DNA of 64,000 nucleotides from NCBI GenBank assembly GCA_017543485.1, contig JAFYFY010000227.1, positions 3,480 to 67,479 on the forward strand. Reading direction: 5' to 3'. The stretch's first letter is position 1; the number at the start of each line of letters is the position of its first letter. The stretch comes from Lachnospiraceae bacterium (GTDB lineage: Bacteria > Bacillota > Clostridia > Lachnospirales > Lachnospiraceae). The notes below the pieces were generated by a model. The model was not told the DNA's origin, did no database searches, and was given only the letters and a program-made list of their open reading frames with translations. Of this stretch, positions 56,946 through 64,000 are shown one piece after another. The position numbers and the translations under genes were made by a program.

Positions 56946-57764
56946 TTATCTTCTCAGATTGTTGGCTTCCTCCAACATGGTGTCGGAGGTGGTGATGACC
57001 TTGGAGTTGAACTCGTATGCTCTCTGGGTGGTGATCATGTTCACCATCTCGTCCGCCACCTGGACATTGGAGCCCTCCAGATATCCCTGGATGACCTGGG
57101 TCTTCTGGATGTTGGTGGCAGTCTCCTCGTTGATGGGCTGGCCGCTGGCTGCGGTCTGGCTGTAGAGGCTGTCCCCCTCCCGGTAAAGGCCGTTGGGATT
57201 GCTGAACTGCCAGCGTCCGATCTTATATCCGGTGCTCTGCAGATTGTTGTTGGCATCCGGATACATCACCTCGCCCTCCTTGGAGACCTGGATCAGGCTG
57301 GTCTGGTACTGGGAGCCCAGGACGATGGGACGGTTCTGGGTATCCAGCACGGGATTGCCGTCGGAATCCGCCAGCATGTTGCTGCCGTTTGTATAGGTGG
57401 TCCACTGGAAGTTCCCGTTCCGGGTGTAGTAGGTATTGCCGTCTCCGCCCCGCACGCCGAAGAATCCTTTTCCGCTTAAGGCAAAGGAGGTATCCAGCTC
57501 GGAGGCCAGAAGAGACCCCTGACGGAAGCTGGTGTTGATGGAGGAGACCCGGGTGCCCAGACCCACCTGTGCGCTGCTGGGCTTTGCATCCCCGTTTGCG
57601 GAGGTGGTGCGGGTCTGCATGGTCTGATAGAGCAGACTCTTGAACTCGATGGACTGGGATTTGTATCCCATGGTATTCACGTTTGCCAGGTTGTTTGCGA
57701 TATTATCCAGGCTGGTCTGCTGTGCGATCATGCCTGTCGCGCCTGTCCATAAGCTTCTGACCAT
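56946..57764 (-). CDS. flgG: Flagellar basal-body rod protein FlgG (FlhP-like)
   Basis: ANNLANVNTMGYK, YYTRNG, GYLEGSNV..EMVNMITTQRAYE. Confidence 0.88.
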   Translation of the reverse strand: MVRSLWTGATGMIAQQTSLDNIANNLANVNTMGYKSQSIEFKSLLYQTMQTRTTSANGDAKPSSAQVGLGTRVSSINTSFRQGSLLASELDTSFALSGKGFFGVRGGDGNTYYTRNGNFQWTTYTNGSNMLADSDGNPVLDTQNRPIVLGSQYQTSLIQVSKEGEVMYPDANNNLQSTGYKIGRWQFSNPNGLYREGDSLYSQTAASGQPINEETATNIQKTQVIQGYLEGSNVQVADEMVNMITTQRAYEFNSKVITTSDTMLEEANNLRR

Positions 57765-57778
57765 TTTCTAATCCTCCC

Positions 57779-58555
57779 TTATACCTTGCCGATCTGGTTC
57801 ACCGCCACATCCAGTGTGGAATCGATGGTCTGGATCACTTTCTGATTGCTTTCGTACTGTCTGGAGATGGCGATGAGGTTCACCATCTCGGAGACCACGG
57901 AGACATTGGCTGCCTCCAGATATCCGCTGTAGACCTTCGCATCGGAGGTGGTCACCTGGGCTCCCTCGATGGGGGTGTAGTAAACCTCCCCGTATTTTTC
58001 CAGATAATCATAATCCGCGAAATCCACCACCCGGATCTTGGTGAGGAGTCTGTCGTTCTGGAAAATGTTCCCCTCCCGGTCGATGGTGGTATCCGCCAGG
58101 GTGTCGATCTGGATCCGGCGGTTGTTCTCATCCAGCACGTAATCCCCCTCGTGGGTCACCAGATACCCCTGGGTGTTCAGTTCAAACTCTCCCGCCCGGG
58201 TGTACATGGTGCTGGTCTCTCCCGCCTTGTTGGTAAACTCCACGGCGAAGAACCCGCGGTCACTCAGGGCCAGATCGAAGGTATTGTCCGTGATCCGGAA
58301 GGACCCCTGGGACCAGTCCACGTAGTTTTCCCCGATCTTCACGCCGCGGCTGTTGTATCCCTCCCGCTGGGCCAGACGGTATCCCACGGTGGAATCCTTG
58401 ATCTTCAGGTCCAGGACCTCGTCAAAGGACTGGCTGGTGGTGCCTTCCTTTTTGTATCCCACGGTGGTGACATTGGCCATATTGTTGCTCAGGACGTCCA
58501 TACGGTGCTGTTCGTTCAGCATGCCCGTATAGGCGGTGTATAAACCCTTAACCAT
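57779..58555 (-). CDS. flgF: Flagellar rod protein FlgF/FlhO-like
   Basis: SNNMANVTTVGYK, YTRAG, GYLEAANV..EMVNLI...YESNQK. Confidence 0.8.
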   Translation of the reverse strand: MVKGLYTAYTGMLNEQHRMDVLSNNMANVTTVGYKKEGTTSQSFDEVLDLKIKDSTVGYRLAQREGYNSRGVKIGENYVDWSQGSFRITDNTFDLALSDRGFFAVEFTNKAGETSTMYTRAGEFELNTQGYLVTHEGDYVLDENNRRIQIDTLADTTIDREGNIFQNDRLLTKIRVVDFADYDYLEKYGEVYYTPIEGAQVTTSDAKVYSGYLEAANVSVVSEMVNLIAISRQYESNQKVIQTIDSTLDVAVNQIGKV

Positions 58556-58600
58556 GTATCGGTCCCCTTTGCCCGGCTGCTGGCCGGCTCATGATCCCGG

Positions 58601-58642
58601 AAAAAAAGGACGCAGGCAAAACCCGAAGGTTCTTCTGCGTCC
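58601..58642 (-). terminator. Intrinsic terminator lying between the sigma-28 promoter and flgF
   Basis: GGACGCAGAAGAACC-TTCG-GGTTTTGCCTGCGTCC-TTTTTTT. Confidence 0.75.
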
Positions 58643-58705
58643 ATGCATCCGTTCCTCGTAGAAATCCGTTTCGCCGAAAGAAAGGTCTTCCGGCACTCGT
58701 AAGGT

Positions 58706-58733
58706 ATATCGTCAAAATCTGCCGGATTCTTTA
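58706..58733 (-). promoter_or_regulatory. Sigma-28 promoter upstream of flgF-flgG-flgJ
   Basis: TAAA-N16-GACGATAT; same position as the SigD promoter between mbl and flhO in Bacillus. Confidence 0.65.
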
Positions 58734-58773
58734 GGAAATATGCAAAACTTTTTTCAGCTTTTTGATGCCCCGG

Positions 58774-59771
58774 TCAGTCCCTGTCTCCATGGTAGCTGGA
58801 GATGAACTCCACATACTTGCCGGTGCCGATGGCTACGGCGGTCATGGGATCCTCGGCGGTCATGGTGTTGATGCCGGTGCGGTCGGAGATCAGCTCCTCC
58901 AGGCCTCTTAAGAGACTGCCGCCGCCGGTGAGGACGATGCCTCTGTCCGCGATATCCGCGGAAAGCTCGGGGGGCGTCTTCTCCAGCACGGAGTGGATGG
59001 CTTCCACGATCTGGGCCGTGGTCTCCTGCAGAGCCTCCTCGGTCTCCTCGCTGGGGACCCGGATGGTCTTGGGCAGGCCGGTAACCAGGTTCCGTCCCCG
59101 GACCTCCATCTCCTCCACTTCCGGTCTGCGGAAGCAGCATCCGATCTTGATCTTCACATCCTCTGCGGTTCTCTCACCGATGAGGAGGTTGTGCTTCTTT
59201 CTCATATAACGGACGATGGCTTCATCGAAATCATCCCCTGCCACCTTGATGGAGGTGCTGACCACGGTGCCACCCAGGGAGATCACGGCGATATCCGTGG
59301 TGCCGCCGCCGATGTCCACGATCATATTCCCGCAGGGTCTGGCGATGTCGATGCCCGCACCGATGGCTGCCGCGATGGGCTCCTCGATGATCACGGCCTC
59401 TCTGGCCCCCACCTGATAAGTAGCGTCCTCAACCGCCTTCTTTTCCACCTCGGTGACGCCGCTGGGGACGCACACCGCGATGCGGGGCTTCCGGAACATC
59501 GGTGACCGATGGCCTTCTGGATGAAATACTTCATCATCTTTTCCGTCACCTGATAGTCCGAGATGACGCCCTGGCGTAAGGGCCGGACCGCCACGATATT
59601 GCCGGGGGTTCTTCCCAGCATCAGTCTGGCATCCTCTCCGATGGCCTTGATCTTGTTGGTGTTGGTGTCAAACGCCACCACCGAGGGCTCCTTCAGGACG
59701 ACGCCCTTGCCCTTGATATATACCAGGATACTCGCGGTACCCAGATCGATTCCGATATCTGTCGTCTGCAT
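58774..59771 (-). pseudogene. mbl: MreB-like rod-shape protein (Mbl), frameshifted near 59500 (real lesion or sequence error)
   Basis: IGIDLGTA...[10 protein letters not shown] in one frame; [14 protein letters not shown]...DIGGGTTD...LTGGGS in another. The junction CAC CG ATG lacks one base. Confidence 0.85.
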
Positions 59772-59948
59772 CTTCTGTTTCCTCTCCAGGCGGACAGGCC
59801 CGGCTTTGCGGGACGCCAGGTGCGTCCATATCCTCCGGATCTTCTCCCATATCAGTCAGGCGCGGGCTCGTTTCGTCCGCACCGCATAAGCATTTTTCCT
59901 TCGCGCAGGGGACTTACCCTCCCGCTGCGACATTTTATTATACCCGAA

Positions 59949-62900
59949 CTATGCGAACAAGGCAAGAAAATCCTCCGCTCTGAGTTCACAGATATTCGGA
60001 TCCGTGTCGGGACGGAAGGTGGAAAATCCCGACAGGTATGTCAGGAGGCTCCGGTGAAGGGCCAGAGCCTCGCTGCAGCCCTCCCGGATGAGGCCGGGGA
60101 GATCCGCACAGCAAACCAGGATCCGTCCGGGAAGTCCTGCGATCCGAAGCTCGTAGATCAGTCCCAGCAGGTGGTTCCGTTCAAAATTGTCGATGGTCTG
60201 GACGATGGGTCTGACGGGCAGCCCGTCCAGGATGGTGGACCGGGAGTGCATCACCGGCTCAAACCACTGAGGCGTGGACCAGGGTCTGGAGGGAAATCCC
60301 TTCAGGGCCGGATGGGCATTCTGTATGAGCAGTCCCATGGTCCCCACGGGTACCGGCTTTCCCATGCTCTCCGAGATGCTCCGGAACATGGGATAGCACC
60401 AGAAGTCCGTGCAATAGGTGCCCTCCACGGAGCGAGGGTTTTTGTCGGGATGGAGGTAAAGCAGGACACTTCCCGGCTTTTGGGCGTAATACACCGCCTT
60501 GCGGGCGGACAGCGCGATGGGGACGTCGCCGTTTTTCCTGCGCTGCATGGGGTCCTCTTCCGCGATCTCAGTGATCCGGCCGATCTCCCGCTCCTCATGC
60601 TCCATTCCGGGATAGGCCCAGAGCTCATAGCTGTTCCGGGTGATGAGGGCATCTTCCTCCCCCTCCGCTCCCGGCAGAAGGATCTCCAGGGACAGCTCAT
60701 AGCAGGCAGGAGATTTGGACGCCGGCACCGGGATCTCCGGGAAGGGCAGACGGGTCCTGCCGCACTCCTTTAGCGCCGGAAGCTTCGCCCGCTTTGCAAA
60801 GAGGCTCTCCCCCGTGGCCCGGTCCGTGAGACGCACCGCCAGCTGGGCTCCCCGGATGACGCCGCCCCGGAAGTAGCAAAGGGTGAGAGACGTCCGAAGG
60901 GGCCGTCCCGCCGTCAGGACATAGGAGGAAAAATGGGCATGCACCGTGATGTCATCGCAAAAGCCGCGCCAGTAGTCCGGCTTTGTGATGCCCTTATTGT
61001 CCATAAATGCATCCAGCATCCCCACCAGCGCCGTCCCCTGGCCGGAGAAATCCTGCAGGTCCAGAAGCTGAAATCCCGCCAGCTCCTCGGAACACACCGC
61101 CGCCTCCAGCTCCCGCTTGTAGCAGTCCAGGGCCAGGGCTCCGGAGCATTCGAAATAGGCCCGGGCCAGATCATAGAGTCCCGCATTCCAGAGACGCTCC
61201 CGGAAGGTTTCCAGGTTCCGTGCCTTCAAGGCCCCGGTGTATTTCCCGATCTCTTCAAAGTCGGGGTATGTCTCATACTGCCCGATCTCATGGGAAACCA
61301 CCGGGATCTTCGGGATCAGCTGCTTTTTTTCCGTAAGAGAGACGGTCTTTACGCCTGTACCGTACTGGATCTATACGGTGCCGGGAGCCGCAGTTTCCGC
61401 CTCCTGCTCCGTTCCATCGGATCTGCGGGGTCTGATGAGGTCGTCATAGAAATGGTTCGTGCAGGGCTTCTTGGTCTGGATATGCCCCTGGGGCGCGTCG
61501 CACATGGCATAGGAGCCCCGGATCAGCCGGTCCCCGGCCAGACGCACGCCGCTGAAGAAATCATCCGACTCCTGGATGTTCGGCACCCACTGGAAATTGT
61601 TGGACCCTTGCGTAAACAAGATCCAGGGATATTTCTTTTTATATCCGGCCACCAGTCGTCCCAGCTCCTCCGGATTTCCCCAGAGCTCATTTCCCATGGA
61701 CATCATGCAAAAGGAAGGGTGTGAGGAAAAACTCTCCAGGATCTTCCATCCTTCCTTCGTCAGGTATTCCTGCATGGGGGCGTCAAAGCCCTCGTCCTCC
61801 GGCGCGTTCCAGTTCCCCCACAGCTCCAGCTCCGGCTGCAGGTACAGCCCCAGAAGATCCGCCGCCAGAAAGGCCGCATCCGGTGGCGTGCAGGTGTGGA
61901 ACCGGACATGGTTCATGCCCCAGTCCTTTGCGATGCGGAAATGCCGCAGCCAGCTGAAGACATCCATGGGGGCGAACCCGGTGACGGGAAAGATCATGCC
62001 GTCATGCTTGCCCCGGAGAAAGACTCTGCGGTCTCCCACGCAAAAAGCCCCATCCTCGGTATGAAGGTCCCGCAGTCCCGTCCATACCGTCCGTTCATCC
62101 AGAAGGATCCCGTCCTTCGGGCGAAGGAGCTCCAGGCGGATGCGATAGACATAAGGGTGGTCCTCATCCCACAGCGCAGCTTCCTCTCCGGCCCTTCGCA
62201 GGGGGACACGGATCCGGAACCTGCGCAGATCCCGCTCCGATCCGGCAGGGGGCTCCGCCGTCAGATCCGCCGTCTCCGCGATCTCCGGGATGGCGCCTTC
62301 CTCGATCTCCAGAAAAGGAGCCAGTTCCTCAAAGGAGGTGCTGCCGGCACTTTTCCGGACAAATTCGGTGCGCTCCGGGACCGTCCGCCCGTCCGGAAGG
62401 GGCTTTTCCCAGGCGGAAAGGTCCGCATCCTTTTCCAGATACGCATCCTTCAGGCGGCACAGATCCCCGGTGACTCTGCAGATGACTTCCTTTGCGGGAT
62501 CCTCTCCCGCCAGCTCCAGCCGCACTGCCAGATCCACCACCCCTTCCCGGGGATGCGGGATGGCGCGCATGGTGCGGATCCGCACGCCTTCCGTGATCTC
62601 CAGAGAGATCTCCCCCAGCACACCGTTCCAGTTGGTCTGGGTATCGGGGGAGGTCAGATGCCCGCCCTTTGCGGGATAGTCCGTATTGGAGACCATGATG
62701 GTGATCCCGGGGCAGAGAGTGTGGATATAGGCCGTGATGTCAAAGGTGTGAGGCGCCGTGAGGGAGCTCCCGCTTCCCACAAACTCCCCGTCCACCCAGA
62801 CGCTGGAGAGCCTCGTCCGCTCCAGGCGCAGGATAAAACGCTTTCCGGAGAGCTCCAGCTCTGACCGGAAGGGCAACGTGACACTCCTCTGAAACCAGGC

Positions 62901-63098
62901 ATAACCGGTATAGGGATAGCTCTCCGTGAGAAATCCCGTCTCCCGCTCCAGATTCCCCACGCCCTTGGCCGCCACGGAAGTGGTCCCCGGCAGCAGGATG
63001 GAATCAGGAAAAGCGCAACGCTCGAAATGCTGGCCGATCCCTCTTTTGGTCTCGTCCAGCCGCAGATCCCATTCTCCGCTTAGATCCATCCTGAGCAT
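59949..63098 (-). pseudogene. GH2-like glycoside hydrolase interrupted by one in-frame TAG at 61371-61373
   Basis: DLSGEW, YTGYAWFQR, QTNWNG, VFLRG, RFHT, SHPSF..GNELWG, then TAG-IQYGTGVKTV...PVVSHEIGQY continuing in the same frame. Confidence 0.8.
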
Positions 63099-63202
63099 TG
63101 CCAATCCTCCAACAGTTATAGTTTACACGATAGAGGGGAAAAAGAAAATAGCCGCCTTCCAAAGGAAGACGGCTATTTTGTCATTCAGAAGCTGGCGTCC
63201 GA

Positions 63203-64000
63203 TCAGGCCTTTCCGTCGGAACCGAGCACGTTCTTGATCTTATGAGCGACCATGTCATGTACAGCCTGACGAGCGGGCTTTAAGTACTGTCTGGGATCGA
63301 AGTGATCCGGATGCTCTGCGAAGTACTTGCGGATGTTTCCGGTCATAGCCAGACGGATGTCGGAGTCGATGTTGATCTTGCAGACTGCAAGCTCTGCAGC
63401 GTGACGCAGCTGCTCCTCGGGGATACCCACTGCATCCGGCATATTTCCGCCGTAGGTATTCACCATCTTCACGAACTCCTGAGGAACGGAAGAGGAACCG
63501 TGGAGAACGATGGGGAATCCGGGCAGTCTCTTGATGCACTCCTCCAGAACGTCGAAACGAAGCGGAGGGGGAACCAGAACGCCGTCAGCATTTCTCGTGC
63601 ACTGAGCAGCGGTGAACTTGTAAGCGCCGTGAGAGGGTCCGATGGCGATGGCCAGGGAGTCGCATCCGGTGCGGCTCACAAACTCTTCCACCTCTTCAGG
63701 GCGAGTGTAGGACTCTTTTCCGGACTCCACGACGACTTCATCCTCGATGCCGGCCAGGGTTCCCAGCTCAGCCTCGACGACCACGCCATGTGCGTGCGCG
63801 TACTCAACCACCTGCTTGGTCAGAGCGATGTTGTCCTCAAAGCTCTTGGAGGAAGCGTCGATCATGACGGAAGTGAATCCGCCGTCGATGCAGTCCTTGC
63901 ACAGCTCAAAGGTGTCGTCGTGATCCAGGTGCAGTGCGATGGGGATCTCGGGATGAAGCTCCACAGCTGCCTCCACCAGCTTCACCAGATAGACGTGGTT
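63203..64000 (-). CDS. fba: Class II fructose-1,6-bisphosphate aldolase (5' end beyond the window)
   Basis: ALHLDH, GFTSVMIDAS, VEAELG, SHGAYKF, IVLHGSS, KINIDSD, FDPRQYL. Confidence 0.93.
   Translation of the reverse strand, partial: NHVYLVKLVEAAVELHPEIPIALHLDHDDTFELCKDCIDGGFTSVMIDASSKSFEDNIALTKQVVEYAHAHGVVVEAELGTLAGIEDEVVVESGKESYTRPEEVEEFVSRTGCDSLAIAIGPSHGAYKFTAAQCTRNADGVLVPPPLRFDVLEECIKRLPGFPIVLHGSSSVPQEFVKMVNTYGGNMPDAVGIPEEQLRHAAELAVCKINIDSDIRLAMTGNIRKYFAEHPDHFDPRQYLKPARQAVHDMVAHKIKNVLGSDGKA

Noticed and set aside
58556-58700. c-di-GMP-I riboswitch upstream of flgF
   Set aside because: GGCAAA/GACGC-like words do not occur in the required order on the coding strand; kept only as an unclassified leader.
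61371-61373. Pyrrolysine recoding or an additional frameshift in GH2
   Set aside because: No pyl genes in the window and TAG is used as a normal stop elsewhere; the nearby A7 run keeps the frame, so there is only one lesion.

Overview
A 64-kb chromosomal window from a high-GC, motile, carbohydrate-fermenting Firmicute (Lachnospiraceae-like gene content). 1-8.6 kb is a flagellin and flagellin-glycosylation region (licD, flagellin, DUF3880 glycosyltransferase, pseB). It holds one full-length Rpn/PD-(D/E)XK nuclease gene and a ~2.9-kb lower-GC island bounded by three nested direct repeats. The island carries two orphan copies of the Rpn C-terminal mini-ORF, each with its own Shine-Dalgarno and terminator. 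8.6-20 kb has thiT with a TPP riboswitch, an SDR, cadA, an MCP, a barnase/barstar-like pair, a K+ channel, coaX and an ECF S component. 20-42 kb is an arabinan utilisation locus: GH51, two GH43, two ABC modules, NHL/YIP1 and DUF5696 proteins, a LamG plus tandem-repeat lipoprotein and an ArsR-type regulator with four operator palindromes. 42-51 kb is a LexA-boxed uvrB-[orphan McrB-like GTPase]-uvrA-GT2 operon. The rest holds SDR/AraC, ptsI, a sigma-28 small ORF, pflA, ferredoxin, mbl-flgF-flgG-flgJ, a GH2 gene and fba. Several coding lesions cluster in the last 5 kb and may be sequence errors. No CRISPR array, integrase, reverse transcriptase, tRNA or rRNA was seen. Family assignments come from motif recognition by eye, not database searches.
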